A stretch of 64,000 bases of DNA from a bacterium (lineage in GTDB: Bacteria; Patescibacteriota; Microgenomatia; Curtissbacterales; GWA2-41-24). The stretch covers positions 64,023 to 128,022 of the forward strand of contig JAKALT010000001.1 in assembly GCA_021813125.1 (NCBI GenBank), read 5' to 3'. This document shows, piece by piece, positions 9,848-18,160 of the stretch; position 1 is the stretch's first letter; every line of letters begins with the position of its first letter. The position numbers and the translations under genes were made by a program. Below the pieces are notes generated by a model. It was not told the DNA's origin, did not search any database, and saw nothing but the letters and a program-made list of their open reading frames with translations.

Positions 9848-10015
9848 TTAGACAACATCTATTTGAAACAGCTCTCCTTCTCGTCTTCTTTTACTTGGGG
9901 GCTCTTTGGCAACTTCTGGCCAAATTGGACCATACTCTTTTTGCGGTTGCAATCTAGCGGCCTCTATCCTAGAAATCCTATCAACCGGACACCCAGCTTC
10001 TCCTCGCTCAATCAT
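9848..10015 (-). CDS. Small protein (55 aa), not in ORF track
   Basis: MIERGEAGCPVDRISRIEAARLQPQKEYGPIWPEVAKEPPSKRRREGELFQIDVV; its ATG overlaps (ATGA) the TGA of the frame-corrected methyltransferase. Confidence 0.5.
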   Translation of the reverse strand: MIERGEAGCPVDRISRIEAARLQPQKEYGPIWPEVAKEPPSKRRREGELFQIDVV

Positions 10016-10703
10016 GCAACCTTCCTCATATCAACTTCCCACCACTTATCCAACCCATCATTTGCTTCCATAACTCTTCCCACAATAAATCCGTGACCAC
10101 TAAACTTTTCATGAATCGTTGGGATATCCGTCAACAATATGTTGTTGTCTTTTAGGTACTTAAAAAAATCAAGCACTTCTTTTGCCCCCCCCGGCTCATT
10201 CTCTTGCGCCTTGAAATATCATCAAACTTCGCCGGGACTAAAGATGGGTGATGTAAATTTAGTAACAATTTACCACCAGGTTTAAGTACTCTTTGGGTTT
10301 CCTCGATTGCCTCTGGTGGCATAAAATCAATCGCCATGCTCGAGAGCGCGATATCGAAAACTCGATCACCAAACGGTAATTTAGAGCCGCTTGCTCTGAT
10401 ATGTGGGGCAAGTGATTTACAAAGTAAATTTCTAGCTGAAACGCAAGCTATATCTACCGAAACGAAATCTAGACCCTCCCTTCCATACGCCTGTATGTAC
10501 TCTCTCTCAAAAACTTGTCTTCCGGCACCCAGATCTAACACTCGCGCTGTGCCGGAAAGATTATGCAAAGCAGCGTTAAGCCTTCGTCTTAAAGAAACCC
10601 TGCTTTTGTTAGGGCTATCTTCCTTTTCATTTGCATAAAATCTAGTATAAAAACTAGACATTGTATTCTCCGTTCCTGGAGCAATTTTTGTTTCGACTCC
10701 CAT
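10012..10703 (-). pseudogene. Class I SAM-dependent methyltransferase interrupted by a frameshift at a G8 tract (phase-variable or sequencing error)
   Basis: VLDLGAG, LPFGDRVFD, RVLKPGG; one extra G in the tract at 10185-10192 gives a 230-aa ORF ending ...FSGHGFIVGRVMEANDGLDKWWEVDMRKVA; GGAGG before ATG 10703. Confidence 0.7.
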
Positions 10704-10714
10704 TTTCCTCCAAC

Positions 10715-10738
10715 AAAAAAACCTCCCGTTTGGGAGGT
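10715..10738 (-). terminator. Intrinsic terminator in the methyltransferase leader (attenuator)
   Basis: Minus strand ACCTCCC-AAAC-GGGAGGT followed by TTTTTT. Confidence 0.8.
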
Positions 10739-10761
10739 ATTTTTTCAAATCTGGCTTTAAA

Positions 10762-10842
10762 TTAAGCCAATACCCCCCTGGGCCTCTTGACGAGCAAGAG
10801 ACTTACTGTAATGAGGTTAAATTTGACAAAATTTAAATGCAT
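10762..10842 (-). CDS. Putative attenuator leader peptide (26 aa)
   Basis: MHLNFVKFNLITVSLLLVKRPRGVLA; starts 7 nt after a TACAAT -10; its 3' end GGGGGGTATT can pair with the terminator arm AATACCTCCC. Confidence 0.65.
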   Translation of the reverse strand: MHLNFVKFNLITVSLLLVKRPRGVLA

Positions 10843-10849
10843 CGTGAAA

Positions 10850-10879
10850 ATTGTAAGTTCTCCGAGCTTTGCTTGTCAA
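10850..10879 (-). promoter_or_regulatory. Sigma70-type promoter of the leader peptide/methyltransferase unit
   Basis: TTGACA (10879-10874)-N18-TACAAT (10855-10850). Confidence 0.7.
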
Positions 10880-10886
10880 GCCACCT

Positions 10887-10935
10887 AAAGGTCAGGCCTT
10901 TTTCTTGCACGTTCCATTTTTAAGGCCTGACCTTT
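10887..10935. repeat. Palindromic repeat element copy 2 (intergenic)
   Basis: AAAGGTCAGGCCTT-N21-AAGGCCTGACCTTT perfect 14-bp inverted repeat. Confidence 0.9.
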
Positions 10936-10980
10936 TACAACTGCTGGCACAAGCAGCCGATTTGGTTTAGAATCTACTCT

Positions 10981-12357
10981 ATGCGGACATTGGCCGTTGA
11001 AGCAAACCATAAAATTGGCCAAAAAGTAACTCTTTTTGGTTGGGCAAATGTTGTCCGCGACCACGGAAAAATCACCTTTATAGACCTCCGCGACATGTCA
11101 GGGATAATCCAAGCTGTTGCCAAAAAAGATTACGGAGTCACCCCGGAAGATGTTATAAAAATCGAAGGAACTGTAAAAAAACGCCCCGAAAAACTCATAA
11201 ACCCAAATTTGCCGACTGGCGAAATAGAAATAGAAGTTGAAAATCTGGAAATTTTAAATAAAGCCAAAACGCCACCTTTTCCAATAGAAACAAACGGGTT
11301 GGATATCGAAGAAGCCTTGCGGCTTAAATACCGCTACTTAGATTTACGCAGGCCTCGCATGAGCCAGAACCTAAAACTCAGACATCAAATGATATCCCTC
11401 ATGCGTCAGTTTTTAACCGAGCGACATTTTACGGAAGTTGAAACTCCGATTTTAACTAAAACCACCCCGGAGGGTGCCCGTGATTTTCTGGTTCCGTCAC
11501 GTCTTCAGCCGGGCAGTTTCTATGCGCTTCCTCAGTCGCCACAACAGTACAAACAGCTTTTAATGGTGGCAGGGCTAGAACGTTACTTTCAAATCGCCCG
11601 TTGTTTCCGTGACGAAGACCCAAGAGCCGACCGGGCTTACGGCGAATTTACACAACTCGATATCGAAATGTCCTTTATTGAGCAGGATGATATTTTAAAA
11701 TTAACGGAGGAATTATTTAAGGAAATAACCGAAAAGGTTTTCAAAAAGAAAGTGCTTGAATATCCTTTTCCTAGAATACCCCACAAAGAAGCAATTAAAA
11801 AATATGGTGCGGACAAATTCGATCTTCGGCCTAAAAAAGATCCAAACGTTTTGGCTTTTGCCTTTGTTGTTGATTTCCCTCTCTTCACCGAGCAGACTAA
11901 AGAAGATTTTTACCATGGATCCGGCTCTGCCAAATTTGCGCCCTCCCACCATATGTTTACCGCTCCTCACCCGGAAGATATCAAACTTTTGGACACCGAC
12001 CCCCAAAAAGTCCGTGGCCTCCAACACGATTTAGTCTGTAATGGCTTCGAAGTAGGCGGCGGCAGCATCAGGATCCACAAACGGGAAATCCAGGAGAAAA
12101 TCTTCTCACTCATCGGTTTTTCCAAAGCCCAAAAAGAAGAGTTTAGCCACATGTTGGAAGCTTTTGAATACGGTGTTCCTCCGCATGGGGGAATCGCCCC
12201 AGGAATTGACCGGTTTTTAATGACAGCTCTTGCCGAACCCAGCGTTCGCGAAACAATTGCATTCCCCACATCGGCTTCCGGACAAACGGCAGTGATGGAT
12301 GCTCCAAGCCCGGTCGACGAAAAAACCCTAAAAGAGTTAAAACTCAAAAAACTGTGA
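10981..12357 (+). CDS. aspS: Aspartate--tRNA ligase, short form lacking the GAD insertion domain, possibly non-discriminating
   Basis: RDHG..FIDLRD, RLKYRYLDLRR, LPQSPQ, FRDED, PPHGGIAPGIDR; DKFDLR is joined almost directly to FAFVVDFP. Confidence 0.95.
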   Translation: MRTLAVEANHKIGQKVTLFGWANVVRDHGKITFIDLRDMSGIIQAVAKKDYGVTPEDVIKIEGTVKKRPEKLINPNLPTGEIEIEVENLEILNKAKTPPFPIETNGLDIEEALRLKYRYLDLRRPRMSQNLKLRHQMISLMRQFLTERHFTEVETPILTKTTPEGARDFLVPSRLQPGSFYALPQSPQQYKQLLMVAGLERYFQIARCFRDEDPRADRAYGEFTQLDIEMSFIEQDDILKLTEELFKEITEKVFKKKVLEYPFPRIPHKEAIKKYGADKFDLRPKKDPNVLAFAFVVDFPLFTEQTKEDFYHGSGSAKFAPSHHMFTAPHPEDIKLLDTDPQKVRGLQHDLVCNGFEVGGGSIRIHKREIQEKIFSLIGFSKAQKEEFSHMLEAFEYGVPPHGGIAPGIDRFLMTALAEPSVRETIAFPTSASGQTAVMDAPSPVDEKTLKELKLKKL

Positions 12358-13274
12358 TTTTCCGAATTGCTGTAATTTTTTTAATAATAATCTCTGCTCT
12401 GGCAGTTGTTTTTTTGCCCAAAGATCAGTTGAACCAAATAGCCCAGGGTACTGTCGCCAAAAAAGTTGAAGCAGGAACCATTGGACTGGAAGCTATCCAC
12501 CCTTCCCCAAGGAAAGATTTTTCCGAGGCTCCACAGGTGACTGCTACTTCGGCTGTTGTTATAGACAACAAAACCGGTACATCTATGTATGAAAAAAACT
12601 CCAACCTTCGCCACTTGCCGGCGTCAACTACAAAACTTATGACAGCCTTAGTTGCTCTTGAAAAATGCTCCCTTACTGATGTTATCGAAGTCAGGGATGT
12701 CGAAGGTGATGGCTCCCAAATGGGCCTTAAAGTAGGAGACAGAGTGACAGTCGAAAATTTGCTATATGGCCTCTTGATTCCTTCGGGCAACGATGCAGCG
12801 TTCGTTTTGGCCAAAAATTGTGGCGACTCTTATGGCCAATTTATTGCTGGAATGAATCAAAAAGCCAAAGATTTAAATATGCAAAACACCCATTTTGTAA
12901 ACCCCGCAGGTTACGACGATCCGCTTCAATACTCAACTGCCTCAGACCTAGCCCTTTTGGCGCGTGTTGCTGTTGCCAACCCGGCAATCGCCAAAATAGT
13001 CAAAATAAAAAGTACAGTTGTTACAGATGTGACAGGAACCAGGACGTATTATCTTGAAAACGTCAACAAACTTTTAGGAGTCGTACCCGGTGTTGAAGGT
13101 GTAAAAACTGGAGAAACAGACGGCGCTTTGGAAAACTTAGTCACAAAAACAACCAGGGGAGAAAATTCGATTTTAGTTGTTGTGCTTGGGTCACAGGACC
13201 GTTTTGGTGATTCCAAAAGCCTAATCGAATGGACTTTTCAAAATTACATCTGGCAAAACCAAAAAAATAGTTAA
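12354..13274 (+). CDS. dacA: D-alanyl-D-alanine carboxypeptidase (peptidase S11)
   Basis: PASTTK, SGND, FVNPAG, VKTG; N-terminal membrane anchor. Confidence 0.9.
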   Translation: MIFRIAVIFLIIISALAVVFLPKDQLNQIAQGTVAKKVEAGTIGLEAIHPSPRKDFSEAPQVTATSAVVIDNKTGTSMYEKNSNLRHLPASTTKLMTALVALEKCSLTDVIEVRDVEGDGSQMGLKVGDRVTVENLLYGLLIPSGNDAAFVLAKNCGDSYGQFIAGMNQKAKDLNMQNTHFVNPAGYDDPLQYSTASDLALLARVAVANPAIAKIVKIKSTVVTDVTGTRTYYLENVNKLLGVVPGVEGVKTGETDGALENLVTKTTRGENSILVVVLGSQDRFGDSKSLIEWTFQNYIWQNQKNS

Positions 13275-14335
13275 AATTTACTGCTATTGGTTGTGTTAGG
13301 GGTTTGACTGGTAACAATCCAAGAATCATCAATAGCATTAACGCCAGCAAACAAGTCTTCATCGCTTTTAAATACATAAACTGGCTCAAGATAAGTCTGA
13401 GAAACACCGGTTTCCAAGTAAGCAAGATATACGCTCCTTATTGGAAAATCTGATCCGGTAAGAGCCTTATTATAAAAACCCTTACCTGCCTTTAAATCTT
13501 CGAAAGCTTTTTGAACACCTTTCAAGGGGTATGTTGAAAATTTATGTTTTTGGATGTTTTGCAATGAATCTTTTGCTGCAGCAACACCGTTTACCGAAAC
13601 CAAAACCCATAAATTTGGATTTTTAAAATTGGGATAAACAACGGGAACTTTGTTAACATCTGCTCGCCCAAAATTAACCTGAATTAAATTTGAAGCAGTA
13701 ATAGAGGGAACATCAGACAGTCTATTGCCGTCAACTTTCAGGTTAAAAGTTGTGGTATTAGCAGCCGGAAAATCCTGCTCAACCAATCCGAAACTATTAA
13801 TGTATTTTTTGGCGGCGAGAATAGCTTCGTCTTCTGTTTTAGGATGCCCGGAAAGTACCTTTTGATTGTTTAAATAGTCACTTGTTACATTAAAGTTTTT
13901 TGTTGTTGTATCGATGGTTAAAGTCGTTCCGGCGTTTGCATTTACAAATGTTGCCTTTGAGCCATAAGTTCCTACAGGCTGATCACTAAATCCGGCTGTT
14001 TGAGCAAGCCTCTTTGCTTGATCTAAATCACCAAAGGAGGGTAAGGATTTCTCGATGCCGAAAACTTCCACAATAGAGGGCAGGCTTGGCAAATTGCCGC
14101 TAATCGTCTCGATAGTGTAATTAACGTCACGAGGGGGGGTGATACCCTCAATAAAACTAACAGGTGGTAGTTTCCCAAATGCAGCAATTGCCACAACAGG
14201 TGGGGGAAATAGGGAATCTCGAAGCGAAGCGCTAAAAGTATATGCCAAAAAGCCGGCCAAAGATATTCCTAAAACGATCATAATCACAACGAAGGCTTTA
14301 CGGGAGAATTGGGCAGTGGCAGTTAAATTGGCCAT
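13271..14335 (-). CDS. Hypothetical membrane-anchored extracellular protein
   Basis: 354-aa ORF with an N-terminal TM segment and C-terminal YLEPVYVF. Confidence 0.75.
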   Translation of the reverse strand: MANLTATAQFSRKAFVVIMIVLGISLAGFLAYTFSASLRDSLFPPPVVAIAAFGKLPPVSFIEGITPPRDVNYTIETISGNLPSLPSIVEVFGIEKSLPSFGDLDQAKRLAQTAGFSDQPVGTYGSKATFVNANAGTTLTIDTTTKNFNVTSDYLNNQKVLSGHPKTEDEAILAAKKYINSFGLVEQDFPAANTTTFNLKVDGNRLSDVPSITASNLIQVNFGRADVNKVPVVYPNFKNPNLWVLVSVNGVAAAKDSLQNIQKHKFSTYPLKGVQKAFEDLKAGKGFYNKALTGSDFPIRSVYLAYLETGVSQTYLEPVYVFKSDEDLFAGVNAIDDSWIVTSQTPNTTNSSKF

Positions 14336-14418
14336 GAATTAAATTGAGTAATACTTCTGTCGGTGATACAATTTTAACCTGAGGTACACCAGGGGTCAAT
14401 TGAGCTAAAGACTGTGTT

Positions 14419-14465
14419 AAGGCTAAGCCTTAACCTAAGCCTAGTTTAAAAAAAGACCTGGCCTT
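14419..14465. repeat. Palindromic repeat element copy 3 (degenerate), upstream of gltX
   Basis: AAGGCTAAGCCTT-N21-AAGACCTGGCCTT. Confidence 0.6.
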
Positions 14466-14477
14466 TATCTCGCGAGC

Positions 14478-15758
14478 ATGCAAAAAGTTAGAGTCCGCTA
14501 CGGCCCATCCCCAACAGGAATTCCCCACATTGGAAACATAAGAACCGCTCTTTTTAACTTCCTTTTTGCCAAAAACCAAGAGGGAAAATTTTTTCTTAGA
14601 ATCGAAGACACGGATCAGGCACGGATTGTTCCGGGTGCAGTCGAAAAGATAAAAGAAAGCCTCAAGTCATTAAATCTTACCTGGGACGAAGATATCATCT
14701 TTCAGTCAAAACGCCTGGACATTTACCAAAAATATCTAAATGATCTCAAATCGAAGGGCTTTGCGTATGAAGACGAAGGTGCCTGGCGCTTTAAAATTCA
14801 AACAGAAAAGAAATCCGTAAGCTGGCAGGATGTTGTCCACGGACCTGTCGAATTCCCGACAAATGTCATAGAGGATTTCATAATCATAAAATCCGACGGT
14901 TTCCCTACGTATCATTTTGCATCGGTTGTTGACGATCACTTAATGGAAATCTCGCATGTTATGCGCGGCGACGAGTGGATTTCTTCAACACCTAAGCACC
15001 TACTTTTGTATGAGGCACTAGGTTGGCAGCATCCACAATTTGTTCATCTGCCACCCATTTTAGGGGCAGACCACAAAAAACTTTCTAAACGGGAAGGGGC
15101 AAAATCCGTTTTGGAATATATCGACGAGGGCTATCTTTCCGAAGCAATAGTCAATTTTCTGGCACTTTTGGGATGGTCACCCAAAGGCAATCAGGAAATT
15201 TTCTCACTCAACGAGCTCAAAGAAGAATTTTCGCTCGACCGCATCAACAAAAACAGCCCCATTTTCAATATCGAAAAATTAGGTTGGTTCAACCAGAAGA
15301 GGATTATTAAAATGACTACTGATGATTTAGCTCTAAAATTAAAAGACCTAAATTACAATCGACAATCAGAACATCTCAGAAAAAATAACAGATATTACAA
15401 AACCGATACGCTTTTTAAGCAAATCGTTGGCCTTTCGAAGGAAAGAATAGTGACCTTAAGAGAATTTTACGAACTTGCAGCTCCAATCTGGGAATATAAA
15501 CCTGTTTCCAGAACGGAACAAGATGTCGCTATAGCTAAAGATCTCGAAAAGAGCTTGCAACAGATACTAAATATCAATTGGACTACAGATAAAATTCTGG
15601 AAGAACTAAAAAAATTATTAGGAAGGCATAACGTTAAAATGAGTTCATGCTATCGTATAATCACAGGCAGGGAGAAAGGTTTACCTCTACCTGAGACGCT
15701 CGAAATTTTGGGCAAAGACGAAGTATTAAAAAGAATAAGTGACGCAATCAAAATCTAG
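14478..15758 (+). CDS. gltX: Glutamate--tRNA ligase (compact form)
   Basis: RYGPSPTG.HIGN, RIEDTD, PTYHFASVVDDH, RGDEW, KLSKR. Confidence 0.96.
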   Translation: MQKVRVRYGPSPTGIPHIGNIRTALFNFLFAKNQEGKFFLRIEDTDQARIVPGAVEKIKESLKSLNLTWDEDIIFQSKRLDIYQKYLNDLKSKGFAYEDEGAWRFKIQTEKKSVSWQDVVHGPVEFPTNVIEDFIIIKSDGFPTYHFASVVDDHLMEISHVMRGDEWISSTPKHLLLYEALGWQHPQFVHLPPILGADHKKLSKREGAKSVLEYIDEGYLSEAIVNFLALLGWSPKGNQEIFSLNELKEEFSLDRINKNSPIFNIEKLGWFNQKRIIKMTTDDLALKLKDLNYNRQSEHLRKNNRYYKTDTLFKQIVGLSKERIVTLREFYELAAPIWEYKPVSRTEQDVAIAKDLEKSLQQILNINWTTDKILEELKKLLGRHNVKMSSCYRIITGREKGLPLPETLEILGKDEVLKRISDAIKI

Positions 15759-16401
15759 AAAAGCTGTTGTCGGCGTTTTCGCCCATCCGGACGACGAATC
15801 TTTTGGACCATCAGGTACTATTGCCAAGTTTGCCAAAACTCACGATGTTTATATTCTGTGTGCCACAAAGGGGGAGGAGGGAATGGGCCCAAAATCCAAC
15901 CTTGGCAAGATACGGGCCCAAGAACTTCAAAATTCGGCAAGAATTCTCGGGGTAAAAGCAGTTTACTTTTTAGGATTTTTAGACGGTACTCTTTCCAATA
16001 ACCTGTATCACAAATTAGCCTCCAAAATAGAAAAAAAACTTAAAATGCTAAAACCGGAAATTATAATTACCACAGAACCCAACGGAGTTTCCGGCCATAT
16101 AGACCACATTACTGTTTCCATGGTCACAACCTTTGTTTTTCGTAAACTGCCTTTTGCAAAAACTCTTATGTATTACTGTATAGACGAAAGATCGGCGGCC
16201 AAAATGAAAAATTATTTTATTTATTTTCCGCCGGGCTACAAACGCACTCAGGTCGACAAAATTATAAATACCGAAAAATATTGGCATCTTAAAAAACAGG
16301 CAATGATGGCACATAAATCGCAAGTAGAAGATGCCAAAAGAGTTTTGGCCAGAATGGAAAACTTGCCCAAGGAAGAGTATTTCTCAATAAAGAAGAAATG
16401 A
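15739..16401 (+). CDS. PIG-L/LmbE-family deacetylase/amidase (MshB/Mca/BshB-like)
   Basis: AHPDDE, ATKGEEG, R..EL...A.ILG, GHIDH, AHKSQ. Confidence 0.9.
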   Translation: MTQSKSRKAVVGVFAHPDDESFGPSGTIAKFAKTHDVYILCATKGEEGMGPKSNLGKIRAQELQNSARILGVKAVYFLGFLDGTLSNNLYHKLASKIEKKLKMLKPEIIITTEPNGVSGHIDHITVSMVTTFVFRKLPFAKTLMYYCIDERSAAKMKNYFIYFPPGYKRTQVDKIINTEKYWHLKKQAMMAHKSQVEDAKRVLARMENLPKEEYFSIKKK

Positions 16402-17624
16402 AAATTTTCAACACTTTTTCCGGGAAAAAAGAGAAAATAAATCTTGGGGAAAGAATCGGAATTTACGTTTGTGGAATTACACCCGATGCTCCAGCACACT
16501 TAGGTCACGCTTTTCTGTTCGTAACTTACGATACCCTCATTCGCTATTTAAGGTTTTTAGGCGCAAAAGTTACATATGTCCAGAATGTAACGGACATTGA
16601 CGATGACATACTAATAAGGTCAAAAAAAGCCGGCCTTTCCTGGGAAGAAATGGGAAATATTCAAACAAAAAATTACATTAAGAATATGGATGCTTTAAAT
16701 GTTGTCCGTCCGGATTTTTATCCGAAAGCTACCGAAAATGTAGGGCAAATGATAACAATTATCAAAAAACTGGTTGCAAAAAAACTTGCTTATACCAAAA
16801 ATGGCTCCGTTTTAGGCCCGCAGTCCGAAAGACGAGGACCGCAGAGCTCTGTCTATTTTTCTGTTTTAAAAGACAAAAACTTCGGTAAGCTTTCAAAATA
16901 CGACTATCCGGCTATGCTGGAAATTGCAAATGAAAGAGGTAATTTTCCCGAAGACCCAATTAAAAATAACCCTTTAGATTTTGTCCTTTGGCAGGCCAAA
17001 AAAGAAGGGGAACCTTCATGGCCCTCACCATGGGGAAACGGTCGGCCGGGTTGGCATATAGAATGTTCGGTGATGTCAATGCGCTATCTTGGCCCGACGA
17101 TTACAATCCATGGCGGGGGATCGGATCTCATATTTCCTCACCACGAAGCAGAGATCGCTCAATCCCAAAACGTAACCGGCAAGAAATTCGTAAAAGCTTG
17201 GATGCACACTGCAATGGTTTTTTGCGAGGGCAAAAAGATGAGCAAAAGCCTTGGCAACATGATTTTTATCTCAGATCTAATTAAAAAATATTCACCCAAC
17301 ACGATTCGTATACTGCTTCTTTCGCACCACTACAGAAACCCCTGGAATTTTGATGAAGCGGAATTAGAAAAGGCCGAAAAAATTATAGCCACGTTCAAGC
17401 AAGCGCTAAAAGGTCAGGCCCTAGCATTAGCTCAGCATGGAAAAAGACCTGACCTTAAATATGCCCAAAAATATCTGCCTGCTTTTTTCAAATCCTTAGA
17501 CGACGACTTTAACACACCGGCCGCAATCAAGGTTTTAGAAAAAGCCGCAAAATCTAAAAAGCCCGAAACAAAAGCTGCCGTAATTTTAGCCGCATCACAA
17601 ATCTTTGGATTAAATCTTTCGTAA
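16398..17624 (+). CDS. CysRS paralogue with MshC-like signatures (cysteine ligase), lacking the C-terminal anticodon-binding domain
   Basis: YVCGITP..AHLGH, YVQNVTDIDD, ERG..P, EGEPSWPSPWG.GRPGWHIEC, GGGSDLIFPHHE, KMSKSLGN; ends just after the DDDFNTP helical domain at 408 aa. Confidence 0.8.
   Translation: MKIFNTFSGKKEKINLGERIGIYVCGITPDAPAHLGHAFLFVTYDTLIRYLRFLGAKVTYVQNVTDIDDDILIRSKKAGLSWEEMGNIQTKNYIKNMDALNVVRPDFYPKATENVGQMITIIKKLVAKKLAYTKNGSVLGPQSERRGPQSSVYFSVLKDKNFGKLSKYDYPAMLEIANERGNFPEDPIKNNPLDFVLWQAKKEGEPSWPSPWGNGRPGWHIECSVMSMRYLGPTITIHGGGSDLIFPHHEAEIAQSQNVTGKKFVKAWMHTAMVFCEGKKMSKSLGNMIFISDLIKKYSPNTIRILLLSHHYRNPWNFDEAELEKAEKIIATFKQALKGQALALAQHGKRPDLKYAQKYLPAFFKSLDDDFNTPAAIKVLEKAAKSKKPETKAAVILAASQIFGLNLS
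16812..16853 (+). repeat. 42-nt in-frame insertion with internal hairpin/direct repeat in the cysteine ligase
   Basis: Splits the expected NGSVYF into NGSV-LGPQSERRGPQSSV-YF; GG(C/A)CCGCAG repeated 21 nt apart; GTCC-GAAAGACGA-GGAC stem. Confidence 0.6.
17410..17456. repeat. Palindromic repeat element copy 4, in-frame inside the cysteine ligase
   Basis: AAGGTCAGGCCCT-N21-AAGACCTGACCTT; encodes KGQALALAQHGKRPDL. Confidence 0.8.
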
Positions 17625-17676
17625 TTTTGCTTGTTGATTTAACCCGAAAAGTCAGTTATTCTACACCAAGTTAAAA

Positions 17677-18126
17677 ATGCCGGCCAAAAAAGTTACAAAA
17701 GAAAAAAAGGAAAGCAGTTCTCTAAAAGTTTCTCCGGTTGCTCCGAAGAAACGAATTTCAATAAACTTTAAAACCGTAATTCTTACTCTGGCTTTTGTTT
17801 ACTTAATAATCTGGATTTTAATTGGTGCCTTTGTAGGGCTTGTAATAATCCAAAGCTTAAGGCAGGGCGCTTTTGCCGGTTTATTTGGATCAAGGCCCGC
17901 TCCAGCAGCGGATACATCTCAAGCGTCATCACAAACCATTATTCCTGGCATTGGGCTCGTGGACGTTGCCTGTGTTAAGCAGGCATTACCACAGGAAACA
18001 ATTCAAAAAATTGTCACCGCCCAAGATGCATCTGGTCTGACAGATGACGAAAAGAAAAAACTAGAACCCTGCGTCCTCCAAAAAGAAGCAGCATCTCCAA
18101 GCCCCAGCGCAAGCCCTTCTAAATAG
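17677..18126 (+). CDS. Hypothetical single-pass membrane protein
   Basis: Basic N-terminus, one TM segment, two Cys, Ser/Pro tail. Confidence 0.75.
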   Translation: MPAKKVTKEKKESSSLKVSPVAPKKRISINFKTVILTLAFVYLIIWILIGAFVGLVIIQSLRQGAFAGLFGSRPAPAADTSQASSQTIIPGIGLVDVACVKQALPQETIQKIVTAQDASGLTDDEKKKLEPCVLQKEAASPSPSASPSK

Positions 18127-18160
18127 ATTTTATATTTCCGGCTGTGATATAACTGAATTA

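Noticed and set aside
9606-10096. Plus-strand ORFs 9606-9851 and 9797-10096
   Set aside because: Antisense shadows of SD-supported minus-strand small genes
10704-10748. Track start of the methyltransferase at TTG 10748 (MKKYLPNGRFF...)
   Set aside because: This stretch is the terminator hairpin; ATG 10703, preceded by GGAGG, is the more plausible start
16398-17624. Plain cysS annotation
   Set aside because: The anticodon-binding domain is absent and the motifs are MshC-like; no gene symbol assigned pending phylogeny
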